Shown: positions 1-8,435 of the stretch, piece by piece
How positions within the stretch are numbered: position 1 is the first letter of the stretch
How the letters are laid out: each line of letters starts with the position of its first letter
From: an uncultured Rhabdothermincola sp.
GTDB lineage: Bacteria; Actinomycetota; Acidimicrobiia; Acidimicrobiales; Acidimicrobilacustridaceae
DNA: 53,160 bases
Reading direction: 5' to 3'
Assembly: GCA_964485515.1 (NCBI GenBank)
Contig: CAZALT010000004.1
Coordinates: 1-53,160, forward strand
The notes under the pieces: model-generated
What the model saw: the letters and a program-made list of their open reading frames with translations, nothing else
What the model was told of the DNA's origin: nothing
The model's database searches: none
Position numbers and translations under genes: made by a program

Positions 1-244
1 TGCACGTGGTCCACCACGGCCTGGCTCGTCTTGACCCGCTTGAGCGTCGCCACGGCGACGCAGACTACTTCGAAAATTGAAAATCGAAGATCATCGCACG
101 GAGGCGATGCGCTGCCCCGCGGGCTCGGCTTCTACTGGGGCCCCAGCATGGAGCTCGAGGTCGCCGACGTCGTTCAGCACGGACGATCGAACCGCTCGAT
201 CGCAGGTGCCGAGGACGGTGCCGTCATCGAATACCTTCCACGCG

Positions 245-1108
245 ATGGCTGACCCCAGATCACGCGGGAGCGCGACGACCAGAAGAGCGGCCTCAGGTCG
301 GCGTCAGCAGCTGATCCGCACCGACAACACCCGAAGCGTGATCTCGGTCGCCGCGGCCGAGCTCCTCCTCCCCACAGCTACGGGCGCATGGACGTCGACC
401 TTCATCGACGTGCTCGGACGGCTGGGGATCCAGCCGGGAACGATCCGCCAGGCGCTCACCCGGGTCGAGGACACCGAACCGAGGATCCTGCGCTCCGAGG
501 CGGTCGGCCGCCGCAAGCAGTGGCTCCTGACCCCCGAGGGCCAGCAACTCCTGAGTGAGAGCACCACGCGGGCGTTCGGCTTCGCCCAGAACGAGCGGGA
601 CTGGGACGGCACCTGGTTGATCGTGCTCGCCTCGGTGCCCGAGAACGACCGGTCCACTCGCTACCTGCTGCGCTCCAGCCTCGTGTGGGCCGGGCTTGGT
701 AGCCCCGCCCCGGGTGTCTGGGTCGGAACGCACACGGACCGGCAGGCCGAAGTCGAAGAAGCCCTCGCCGTTGCCGACATCGCGGACCAGGCCAGAGTCT
801 TCGTCGCGAAGCACGAGCACCTCAGCCAGATGCAGTCCATGGTCGCCGACGCGTGGGACCTCGATGAGATCTCCCGCGGCTACGAGCAGTTCATGGTGGA
901 CTTCGCTTCGGCCGCCACCGACGATCCGCTCACCGGTGTGATCGACCTCGTACTCCGCTGGACCCAGGTCGTCCTCCAGGACCCCGCGCTGCCCGCCGAG
1001 CTGCTGCCCGCGTCATGGCCCGCTCGCGAAGCGGCTGCCGTCTTCCTCGACCGACACGAGCGCTGGCAGCCCGACGCGCTCCAGCGGTGGCAGGAGATCA
1101 ACGTCTGA
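245..1108 (+). CDS. PaaX-family transcriptional regulator
   Basis: In-frame part of ORF 77..1108. The ATG at 245 (MADPRS...) gives a PaaX-like length of about 287 aa. N-terminal wHTH-like stretch (GIQPGTIRQALTRVE, WLLTPEGQQLL) and C-terminal block DWDGTWLIVLASVPENDRSTRYLLRSSLVWAGLGSPAPGVWV fit the PaaX domain pattern as I recall it. Start codon uncertain. Confidence 0.7.
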   Translation: MADPRSRGSATTRRAASGRRQQLIRTDNTRSVISVAAAELLLPTATGAWTSTFIDVLGRLGIQPGTIRQALTRVEDTEPRILRSEAVGRRKQWLLTPEGQQLLSESTTRAFGFAQNERDWDGTWLIVLASVPENDRSTRYLLRSSLVWAGLGSPAPGVWVGTHTDRQAEVEEALAVADIADQARVFVAKHEHLSQMQSMVADAWDLDEISRGYEQFMVDFASAATDDPLTGVIDLVLRWTQVVLQDPALPAELLPASWPAREAAAVFLDRHERWQPDALQRWQEINV

Positions 1109-1256
1109 ATCCTTGACCCGGTGGGCGTCGCGGCGACGACTGAGATTCTACATTTCCTTGTCGTGATGCAACGTGTAGGTTGAACATTGCCGGGCCAGCT
1201 TTTCGTCGTCTGCCCGGGTCGATGCCGTTGGCCAAGGCCGCGTGACATCGTCGATT

Positions 1257-1272
1257 GTCGTCATCTGACGAC
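1257..1272. promoter_or_regulatory. Perfect 16-bp palindrome GTCGTCA-TC-TGACGAC upstream of the P450 gene (candidate operator)
   Basis: Read directly: gtcgtca tc tgacgac, 27 nt upstream of ATG 1299, in the 190-nt gap between the PaaX-like gene and the P450. Confidence 0.35.
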
Positions 1273-1298
1273 GTCTGCATCCAGGGGGAACCGACTCG

Positions 1299-2516
1299 AT
1301 GGCCGTTGACGCCGCGATCAACTACGACCCGTACGACTTCGAGATCGACAACGATCCGTACCCGGTGTGGCGCCGGCTGCGCGAGGAGGCGCCGCTCTAC
1401 TACAACGAGCCGTTCGACTTCTACGCCCTGAGCCGCTTCGACGACGTCGAGGCCGGCCTCACCGACTGGAAGACGTACAGCTCGGCCAAGGGGATGTTGC
1501 TCGAGATCATCAAGGCGGTCATCGAGTACGACATCGAGCTGCCACCAGGAAACGTGTTGTTCGAGGACCCGCCGATCCACAACGTGCACCGCGGGATCCT
1601 GGCGCGGGTCTTCACCCCGAAGCGGATGCTGGCCATCGAACCGAAGGTTCGTGAGTTCTGCGCTCAGTCGCTCGATCCGCACCTGGGTTCGGGTGACTTC
1701 GACTTCATCGCCGATCTCGGCGCCCAGATGCCGATGCGCACCATCGGCATGCTGCTCGGCATACCCGAGTCCGACCAGGAGGCGATCCGCGAGGCGATCG
1801 ACGCGGGACTCGCGCTCGACGAGGACGGCCACTCCCAAGCCGAGACCCTCGACATGGCCGCCTATGCCGAGGCCATGTTCGGCGAGTACATCGACTGGCG
1901 GGCCAAGAACCCGTCCGACGACCTCATGACCATGATGCTCGAGGCCGAGTTCGAGGACGAGACCGGCACCGTGCGCCGGCTCACCCGTAGCGAGGTGCTC
2001 ATCTACGTGAACAACGTGGCCTCTGCGGGCAACGAGACCACCACCCGGTTGATCGGGTGGATGGGCAAGGTCCTGGCCGAGCATCCCGATCAGCTTCGCC
2101 AGGTTGCGGCCGACCGGTCCCTCGTGCCCCAGGTCGTGGAAGAGGTGCTCCGCTTCGAGGCCCCGTCACCGGTCCAGGCCCGCTACGTGACCACCGACGT
2201 CGAGTGGTACGGCCAGAAGGTGCCTCAGGGCAGCGCCATCTTGATGCTCAACGGCGCGGCGAACCGCGACGACCGCAAGTTCGAGAACGGCGACACGTTC
2301 GACATCCACCGCAAGATCGACCACCACCTCAGCTTCGGCTTCGGCCTGCACTTCTGCCTCGGAGCGGCGTTGGCCCGCATGGAGGCTCGCGTCGCGCTCG
2401 ACGAGGTCCTCCAGCGGTGGCAGTCCTGGGAGGTCGACTACGACAACGCCATCCAGGCCCGGACGTCGACGGTCAGAGGCTGGACCCGCATGCCCGTCCA
2501 CGTCGTCGCCCGCTGA
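1299..2516 (+). CDS. Cytochrome P450
   Basis: 405-aa ORF. Heme-thiolate loop FGFGLHFCLGAALAR, I-helix AGNETT, ExxR (EEVLRFE). SD GGGGGAA 8 nt upstream of the ATG. Confidence 0.95.
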   Translation: MAVDAAINYDPYDFEIDNDPYPVWRRLREEAPLYYNEPFDFYALSRFDDVEAGLTDWKTYSSAKGMLLEIIKAVIEYDIELPPGNVLFEDPPIHNVHRGILARVFTPKRMLAIEPKVREFCAQSLDPHLGSGDFDFIADLGAQMPMRTIGMLLGIPESDQEAIREAIDAGLALDEDGHSQAETLDMAAYAEAMFGEYIDWRAKNPSDDLMTMMLEAEFEDETGTVRRLTRSEVLIYVNNVASAGNETTTRLIGWMGKVLAEHPDQLRQVAADRSLVPQVVEEVLRFEAPSPVQARYVTTDVEWYGQKVPQGSAILMLNGAANRDDRKFENGDTFDIHRKIDHHLSFGFGLHFCLGAALARMEARVALDEVLQRWQSWEVDYDNAIQARTSTVRGWTRMPVHVVAR

Positions 2517-2533
2517 GCGGAAAGACTCCGGTC

Positions 2534-3445
2534 ATGACCCTGCGATTCGTCTTCCACTACCCCGAGACCAGCGGTGCCGACGGGGACATGCTCGACTCGG
2601 GTGGCCTCGTCGAGGTCGCCCAGGCCGCCGAAGCCGCCGGCTTCGACACCCTGGCCCTCACCGAGCACCCCATACCCGGGGCTCGCTGGCTCGACAACGG
2701 CGGCCACCAGAGCCTCGACCCGTTCGTCGCGCTTGGCTTCGTCGCCGCGGCCACGACCCGTCTCCGCCTGCTCACCCACCTGGCCCTGGCGCCGTACCGC
2801 AATCCGTTCGTGCTGGCCAAGGCCGCGTCGACGGTCGACAAGCTTTCGGGCGGGCGCTTCATCCTCGGACTGGGCGCCGGTTACCAGAAGTCGGAGTTCT
2901 ACGCCCTGGGAGTATCGCTCGACGAGCGCGGCGCGTTGTTCGACGAGGTCCTCGACGTTCTGCCACTGCACTGGAAAGGCGAGCCGTTCAGCTACGAAGG
3001 CCTGCACTTCACCGCCCGCGACGTGGTCGCCCTGCCCAAACCGGTGCAGGACCCCATCCCGATCTGGATCGGCGGGAACTCCAAGGCCGCCCGTCGGCGC
3101 GTGGTCGAGCGAGCCCAGGGGTGGATGCCCATGATCGGACCCGCCGAGCTGGCCAAGACCACCCAGACCGCGACGTTGGCCACCATCGAAGACGTCGCCG
3201 CCGCCATCGCCGAGCTCGAGCAGGACGCGACTGAGGCGGGACGCAACGAGCCGATCGACTACCTGACGTCGTACGACGAGGCTTCCCTCCGAGATGCCGC
3301 CGGCGACGTCGAGCGGCACCGCGACGCCTTCGGCAGGATCGAGGACGCCGGGCTCACGAACGTCATCGTCTCCCACGTCCGCGACGAACCCAGCGTCGTG
3401 CTCGACTGGATCGCCGCGTTCGGCGAGACCTACATCGCCCGATGA
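2534..3445 (+). CDS. LLM-class (luciferase-like) F420-dependent oxidoreductase
   Basis: ORF 2057..3445 trimmed to ATG 2534 (MTLRFVFHYPE...). LLM pattern ALTEHP, LLTHLALAPYRNP, GGRFILGLGAGY, PIWIGGNS. The N-terminal extension in the ORF track overlaps the P450 gene and is Arg/Pro-rich frame noise. Confidence 0.85.
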   Translation: MTLRFVFHYPETSGADGDMLDSGGLVEVAQAAEAAGFDTLALTEHPIPGARWLDNGGHQSLDPFVALGFVAAATTRLRLLTHLALAPYRNPFVLAKAASTVDKLSGGRFILGLGAGYQKSEFYALGVSLDERGALFDEVLDVLPLHWKGEPFSYEGLHFTARDVVALPKPVQDPIPIWIGGNSKAARRRVVERAQGWMPMIGPAELAKTTQTATLATIEDVAAAIAELEQDATEAGRNEPIDYLTSYDEASLRDAAGDVERHRDAFGRIEDAGLTNVIVSHVRDEPSVVLDWIAAFGETYIAR

Positions 3446-4323
3446 GCTGGTTCGAAGAACGTTCACGACTCGACGGCACGGTCGCCGTGGTCACCGGCGG
3501 CGGGGGAGGTCTCGGCGAGGCGATCGTGCGTGACCTCAGCGCCAACGGCGTGCGCATCGCGGCGGTCGACATCGACCCCGAAGGTGTCGAGCGGATCGCG
3601 GACCTGCCCGAGACGATCGCGGTCCACGGCGACGTCCGAGACTCCGAGGTGCTCGACCAGCTCTTCGCCCGGGTCGACGAGCGGTGGGGGCGACTCGACA
3701 CGCTCGTCAACGTGGTCGGCGGCACCTTCCGGGCCCCGTTCGTCGACACCACCCCCAAGGGTTGGGACGCGCTGCTGCGCGTCAACCTCCTGCACGTCCT
3801 GCACGCCTGCTCGCTCGCCGTGCCCCGCATGCGCGACGGACTCGCCGGCGGCAGCATCGTCAACCTCACCACCATCGAGTGCCATCGGGCCGCGCCCGGC
3901 TTCGCCGTGTACTCAGCGGCCAAGGCGGCCGTCGAGCAGTTCGCCCGCACCCTCGCCGTCGAGGTCGCCCCCTACGGGATACGGGTGAACAACGTCGCCC
4001 CCGACTTCACCCCCACGCCGGTCATGCAACGGCTCATCCCCGAGGGCGCCTCGAACATGTCCGACGAAGCCATCCGGGCCGGCATCCCCATGGGTCGAGC
4101 CGGCGAAGTGACCGACATCTCGAACGCCGTGGTGTACCTGGCCTCGGCGCTGTCGTCCTACGTCACCGGAACCACCATCCACCCTGACGGTGGGACCTAC
4201 GCATCGTCGGGCTGGTTCAACTGGCCCGATCACGGCTGGGGCAACAACGTCCCACCCCACCTCGTACCGCACCTGAACGCCGCTCCGCGCGGCGCGTCGA
4301 GCGAGGAGACGGAGACCCGATGA
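3442..4323 (+). CDS. Short-chain dehydrogenase/reductase (SDR)
   Basis: ATGA overlap with the LLM stop. TGGGGGLG Rossmann motif, NVVG, catalytic YSAAKAAV. Confidence 0.9.
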   Translation: MSWFEERSRLDGTVAVVTGGGGGLGEAIVRDLSANGVRIAAVDIDPEGVERIADLPETIAVHGDVRDSEVLDQLFARVDERWGRLDTLVNVVGGTFRAPFVDTTPKGWDALLRVNLLHVLHACSLAVPRMRDGLAGGSIVNLTTIECHRAAPGFAVYSAAKAAVEQFARTLAVEVAPYGIRVNNVAPDFTPTPVMQRLIPEGASNMSDEAIRAGIPMGRAGEVTDISNAVVYLASALSSYVTGTTIHPDGGTYASSGWFNWPDHGWGNNVPPHLVPHLNAAPRGASSEETETR

Positions 4324-4524
4324 CCGCGATCGCTCAACCCACCGACCCGTGCCGGCCATCCCGATCGACGGCGGGTGGGCCGCCAAGCTCGTCTGAGTCG
4401 GCGTTCGATCTCACCGGGGTCGGCCTCACCAGAGACGGCCGCTCGCGGCGGCGGTGACCACAGCGCGTCGGAAGGACCACCGGGCGACCGGGTAGGTGGA
4501 CCGACCCCCACGCGACTGGGTTGC

Positions 4525-5574
4525 TCAGCTGGGATAGGCCGTGATCTCGGTGGCCTTCACCGATGCCCAGATCGGATCGCCTTCGCGGAGGTCGAGCTCG
4601 GTCGCCGCGGCCGGCGTGATCTCGGCGACCAGGCCGAGCGGCTCGGCGAACCGGACGCGGACTCGGTCGCCGAGGAGGTCGAGGTGGGCGACTCGGGTCT
4701 CCCACCGGTTGCGGGGGCTGCCTTCGGGGTCGTGGTGGTGCAGCGCGATCGCGGCGGGGGCGATGGTGACGAAGACGGTGCCGACGAGCGGTTCGGCCGT
4801 GACCACGGTGATGCCGCCGGCGGTCGTGACCACCGTGGCGTCGGCAGTTCCGTGGAGGAGGTTCGTGCCGATGAGGTCGGCGACGTAGCGCGACCGCGGT
4901 TGGGTGGTGACCTCGGTGAGGGTGCCGGTCTGGGTGAGGCGGCCGTGCTCGACGATGGCGACGCGGTCGGCCAGGGCGAGGGCGTCGACGGGATCGTGGG
5001 TGACCAGGATGGTGGTGCCCGGATACGCGGTGAGGAACCGGCGGAGGTCGCGGCGGACCTCGATGCGGGTGCCGGCATCGAGCGCGGCGAGGGGTTCGTC
5101 GAGGAGCAGCGCGGCGGGATCGGTGGCGAGGGCCCGGGCGAGGGCAACGCGTTGGGCCTGGCCACCCGACAGGGCGGCGGGCTTGTCCCGGGCGTGGTCG
5201 CCGACCTCGACGCGGTCGAGCCAGGCACGGGCCGTGCCCCGGGCCTCGGCGGTGGATCGTCCTCGGGACTTGGGTCCGAAGGCGACGTTGTCGAGTGCGC
5301 TGAGGTGCGGGAACAGGAGGTAGTCCTGGTGCACGATGCCGAGGTTGCGTCGTTCCTGGGTCACGAAGGTGGCGGGTGGTGCGTCGAGGGTGGTGTCGTT
5401 GAGGGTGATGGATCCCTCGTCGATGGCGAGGCTCCCGGCGATGCAGCGCAAGATCGTGGTCTTGCCGGCCCCGTTGGGACCGAGGAGGGCGGTGACCGAT
5501 CCGGTGGGGGCGTGGAGGTCGACGTCGACCGCGAGGGCGCCGATCTGCACGGTGATGGCGGCATGGATGCTCAT
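4525..5574 (-). CDS. modC: Molybdate ABC transporter ATP-binding protein with C-terminal TOBE/Mop domain
   Basis: ORF 4525..6006 trimmed to ATG 5574 (MSIHAAITVQ), which overlaps the modB stop (ATGA). Walker A GPNGAGKTT, signature LSGGQAQRVALARAL, Walker B LLLDEP. C-terminal TOBE-like region (RVRVRFAEPLGLVAEITPAAATELDLREGDPIWASVKA). Confidence 0.9.
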   Translation of the reverse strand: MSIHAAITVQIGALAVDVDLHAPTGSVTALLGPNGAGKTTILRCIAGSLAIDEGSITLNDTTLDAPPATFVTQERRNLGIVHQDYLLFPHLSALDNVAFGPKSRGRSTAEARGTARAWLDRVEVGDHARDKPAALSGGQAQRVALARALATDPAALLLDEPLAALDAGTRIEVRRDLRRFLTAYPGTTILVTHDPVDALALADRVAIVEHGRLTQTGTLTEVTTQPRSRYVADLIGTNLLHGTADATVVTTAGGITVVTAEPLVGTVFVTIAPAAIALHHHDPEGSPRNRWETRVAHLDLLGDRVRVRFAEPLGLVAEITPAAATELDLREGDPIWASVKATEITAYPS

Positions 5575-6362
5575 GTGCGGGTCAACCACTTGTCGCGCAG
5601 GGCGACGATGACGACGAGCGACACGGCGACGAGCACGAGGCTGAGTGCGATGGCGGCGTCTTGGTCGGTCTCGTTGCGCAGGTAGATGGCGAGGGGGAGG
5701 GTCTGGGTCTTGCCGGCGATGTTGCCGGCGAAGGTGATGGTGGCGCCGAACTCGCCGAGCGCCCGGGCCCAGGCCAGCACGGCACCGGCCGCGAGCGATG
5801 GGGCGATGAGCGGGAGCGTCACGCGTCGGAACACGGTGAAGCGTCCCGCGCCGAGGCTCGCCGCCGCGTCCTCGTAGCGCTCGTCCATGCCGCGCAGGGC
5901 GGCTTCGACGGTGATCACGAAGAACGGCATGGCGACGAAGGTCTCGGCGATGACCACACCGAGGGTGCTGAAGGTGAACTGGATGCCGAACAGGTCGAAC
6001 AGCCATCCGCCGATCGGACTGCGGCGGCTCAGCGCGGCGAGCAGGGCCACGCCGCCGACGACCGGTGGGAGCACCATGGGGAGCAGCACGAGCCCGCGGA
6101 CGAGAGCCTTGCCGGGCAGGTGGGTGCGGGCCAGGACCCAGGCGAGGGGAGTGCCGAAGAGGATCGAGAGAGCCGCGGCGCTGAGCGAGCAGACGAGCGA
6201 GAGCCGCAGCGCGTCGAGCGCCTGGGGGGTGGTGAGGTCAGCCCAGAAGGTGGACCAGTTGGCGCGTTGGACGATCCCGACGAGCGGGATCGCGAAGAAC
6301 GCGACTGCCAGGGTGGCGGCGGCGACCACCAGGAGCGGTGGCCGCCGCCGGGCCCGGTTCAC
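5571..6362 (-). CDS. modB: Molybdate ABC transporter permease
   Basis: 263 aa, multi-TM. ModB-like C-terminal block ARALGEFGATITFAGNIAGKTQTLPLAIY. GTG start overlapping the modA stop (GTGA). Confidence 0.9.
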   Translation of the reverse strand: MNRARRRPPLLVVAAATLAVAFFAIPLVGIVQRANWSTFWADLTTPQALDALRLSLVCSLSAAALSILFGTPLAWVLARTHLPGKALVRGLVLLPMVLPPVVGGVALLAALSRRSPIGGWLFDLFGIQFTFSTLGVVIAETFVAMPFFVITVEAALRGMDERYEDAAASLGAGRFTVFRRVTLPLIAPSLAAGAVLAWARALGEFGATITFAGNIAGKTQTLPLAIYLRNETDQDAAIALSLVLVAVSLVVIVALRDKWLTRT

Positions 6363-7174
6363 GTCGGGGGCAGGAACCCGAACTCCTCGAGGACCGCTTG
6401 GCCTTCGGGGCTGAGCACGTAGGCCATGAACGCCTCAGCGATCTCCGCGTTGGTCGTCGCGGCAATGACGCCGATCGGGTAGGTGGCCGTCACGTTCTGG
6501 TCGGCCGGGATGGCCACGGTGTCGACGGTGTCACCGGCGGCTTTGGCGTCGGTCACGTAGACGATGCCGGCAACGGCGTCGCCTTCGGTGACCGCGGTGA
6601 GGGTGGCCTTGACGTTCTGGCCCCGGGTGACGCTGGTCTCGGGGATGACGACGCCGGCGCCGTCGAGGGCCTGCTTGGCGAACTTGCCGCACGGGACCTC
6701 TTCGCCGCACAACGAGATGATCCCCGCGTGGGCGAGATCGGCGAGGCTGGTGATGCCAGCAGGGTTGCCGGGCTTGGTCACGATGACCAGCTCGTTGGTG
6801 GCGAACACCTGGGGAGAGCCGGCGAGGAGGTCGGCGTCGGTGAGCTTGGTCATGTTGGCCTGGTCGGCCGACGCGAACACGTCGGCGGGGGCACCGTCGA
6901 TGATCTGCTTGGACAGCGTCGATGACGAGTCGAAGGTGAACTCCACCGTGGCGTCGGGGTTGGCGGCCTTGAAGTCCTCGCCGATCTGCGTGAAGGCCTC
7001 GGTGAGCGACGCGGCCGCCGACACCGTGGCGGTGCCGGTGACACCGGCGACCGTGGTCGTGTCCGACCCCGCGCTCGTGTCCGACGTAGAGGTGTTCGAG
7101 TCGCTGCCACACCCGGTGATGAACAAGGCGGACACCGCCGCCAACGTGAACAACAGCTGCGTGGTTCTCTTCAT
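6359..7174 (-). CDS. modA: Molybdate-binding lipoprotein (periplasmic binding protein)
   Basis: ORF 6359..7672 trimmed to ATG 7174 (MKRTTQLLFTLAAVSALFITGCGS, lipobox ITGC), SD GGGAGAG upstream. ModA-like AAASLTEAF...FDSSSTLSKQIIDGAPADVFASAD. Confidence 0.9.
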   Translation of the reverse strand: MKRTTQLLFTLAAVSALFITGCGSDSNTSTSDTSAGSDTTTVAGVTGTATVSAAASLTEAFTQIGEDFKAANPDATVEFTFDSSSTLSKQIIDGAPADVFASADQANMTKLTDADLLAGSPQVFATNELVIVTKPGNPAGITSLADLAHAGIISLCGEEVPCGKFAKQALDGAGVVIPETSVTRGQNVKATLTAVTEGDAVAGIVYVTDAKAAGDTVDTVAIPADQNVTATYPIGVIAATTNAEIAEAFMAYVLSPEGQAVLEEFGFLPPT

Positions 7175-7256
7175 GTGCGCTTTCTCTCCCTGCCCGAAGG
7201 CGATTGCGAACGACGTCAGATCGGGGTTGCCTCGACGATGACCGTCGTGGCCGACC

Positions 7257-7637
7257 TCAGCTGGGCTCCGACGGGTCGGGTGTGATGCGCGGTTGGTTCG
7301 GGTCGTGCTCGTCGGCGTCGACTGCCTGGAGGGGATCTTCCGTGGCCACACCGTCGTCGGCGACGTGATCGGTCCAGGTGGCTCCTCCCCACCATCTCCA
7401 CTGGTGCCGGCCGGTCGGGTCGGGCGCCCAGGCGGCGGGTACCGCGGCGGGCGGTGACGGGTCGATGGCGAGGGGCAGCACTCTGATCTCGGCCCCTGGG
7501 GGGAGTGGCGCTCTTGGGGTGAGCAGCTGTTCGTCGATCCAGCCGGGATACGGCGCGGCGCTCGGCGGCTGGACCGGTGTGCGGTCAGGTCCGTCGCTGG
7601 GGTCTTCGGCGTCGTCGGCTGTCCGGTCTGGTGCCAC
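7257..7637 (-). CDS. Hypothetical Pro/Asp-rich protein with DUF2510-like motif
   Basis: 126-aa ORF, GTG start with strong SD (GAGGAG 5-6 nt upstream). Motif APDPTGRHQWRWWGGATWTDHV resembles the DUF2510 (PDPxG..RYWDGxxWT) signature. Confidence 0.6.
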   Translation of the reverse strand: MAPDRTADDAEDPSDGPDRTPVQPPSAAPYPGWIDEQLLTPRAPLPPGAEIRVLPLAIDPSPPAAVPAAWAPDPTGRHQWRWWGGATWTDHVADDGVATEDPLQAVDADEHDPNQPRITPDPSEPS

Positions 7638-7694
7638 CGTCTCTCCTCAGTTGGATCCACTCGAGATGTCACGCAGGCGAGCCCGCGCCGTGAG

Positions 7695-8222
7695 TCAGTC
7701 GCCGGCCGCGGCGTCCTTCTCGATCTCCTCGGTGTCGGCCTTGAGCTGTTTGGCTTCGATCTTCTGCGCCTTCTTCATGGCTCGCTCGATCTTCGCCTCC
7801 ATGTCAGAAACCCCGACGACGACGAGTCCTGCGGTACCTGCATCGAGCTGTTCGCCGGCTTCCTTGAGGTCCTTGCGGCTCATGCCTGCCGCGGCGTGGC
7901 CGGCGAGGGACCCGAGGAGCGCGCCGCCGCCAGTGGTCGCGGCGAGGAGGCCGCCGCCGATCGCGGCGGCGGGGAACAGGGCGATGACCAGGCCGGTGGC
8001 CAGGCCGACGCCACCACCAGCGACTCCGCCGACCCGCGTCGGCGTCTCGTGCTTCTTGACGATCTTGACCTTGCCGTGCGCGTTGCGCTCGATCACTGCC
8101 GCGTCGTAGGCATCGATGAGGCCGGCCTCGGTGTGGAGGTCCTTGATGGCTTCGTAGTCGGCCTTGGCATCGTCGACGTCGGAGTACACACCGATGAACG
8201 CGAAGAACGTGTCGATGGACAT
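7695..8222 (-). CDS. DUF1269-like glycine-zipper membrane protein
   Basis: ORF 7695..8366 trimmed to ATG 8222 (MSIDTFFAFIGVY...). N-terminal soluble domain followed by a Gly-zipper segment GGVAGGGVGLATGLVIALFPAAAIGGGLLAATTGGGALLGSLAG and a charged C-terminal tail. Confidence 0.65.
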   Translation of the reverse strand: MSIDTFFAFIGVYSDVDDAKADYEAIKDLHTEAGLIDAYDAAVIERNAHGKVKIVKKHETPTRVGGVAGGGVGLATGLVIALFPAAAIGGGLLAATTGGGALLGSLAGHAAAGMSRKDLKEAGEQLDAGTAGLVVVGVSDMEAKIERAMKKAQKIEAKQLKADTEEIEKDAAAGD

Positions 8223-8415
8223 GGTGGAGCTGCTTTCTCTCAGGGGACGAACGGCGGCACGATATCCGACTCCGATCGGATCCTCCGTCGTCCAGCGTCG
8301 CGATCCGACGCGTTCGCTTCCCCGATGCCGGACCGATCCGCTCGTCAGCAGGTCCGCTCCGTGCACCGATGCTCGTCACCCGCGTGTTCCGACCGTCTCG
8401 AAGCGGTGGTAAGCA

Positions 8416-8429
8416 CCTGCCATGGCAGG
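8416..8429. promoter_or_regulatory. Perfect 14-bp palindrome CCTGCCATGGCAGG overlapping the presumed SD of the next gene
   Basis: Read directly. It ends 6 nt before ATG 8436, and its right arm (GGCAGGA) is the only SD-like purine run. Confidence 0.3.
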
Positions 8430-8435
8430 ACATCG

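Noticed and set aside
1-53. Partial genes at the window edges. One possible minus-strand GTG start is at 53 (MATLKRVKTSQAVVDHV…, GntR/FadR-like N-terminus). One possible minus-strand C-terminus ends at 53106 (…ALRCPAFASARFSVA*).
   Set aside because: Only about 17-18 codons are visible for each, too little to support a call.
1165-1183. Eleventh copy of the island motif upstream of the first P450.
   Set aside because: Only the right half (GTAGGTTGA, 9 of 9) matches. The left half is GCAA instead of CTAC, and the orientation would point the -10-like end back into the PaaX gene. I kept it as a half-site note only.
1098-2084. Long ORFs antisense to or out of frame with called genes. Examples: 1098..2084(-), 4375..5685(+), 9699..11084(-), 15682..17265(-), 27915..29114(-), 38566..39924(-), 40372..41901(-), 43388..44581(-).
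   Set aside because: These are typical shadow ORFs of a high-GC genome. Their products are Arg/Pro/Gly/Ala-rich and low in complexity with no motifs, and each fully overlaps a gene with clear family signatures on the other strand or frame.
2057-2533. Long N-terminal extensions in the ORF track. Examples: 2057..3445, 6359..7672, 7896..9314, 17428..18600, 31311..33407, 35962..37794, 39321..40451.
   Set aside because: The extensions overlap the preceding gene and are compositionally aberrant. Internal starts with SD sequences, signal peptides or 4-nt start-stop overlaps give family-typical lengths.
7175-7256. Moco riboswitch or ModE box upstream of modA.
   Set aside because: The gap is only 82 nt, shorter than a Moco RNA motif, and no recognisable conserved elements were seen.
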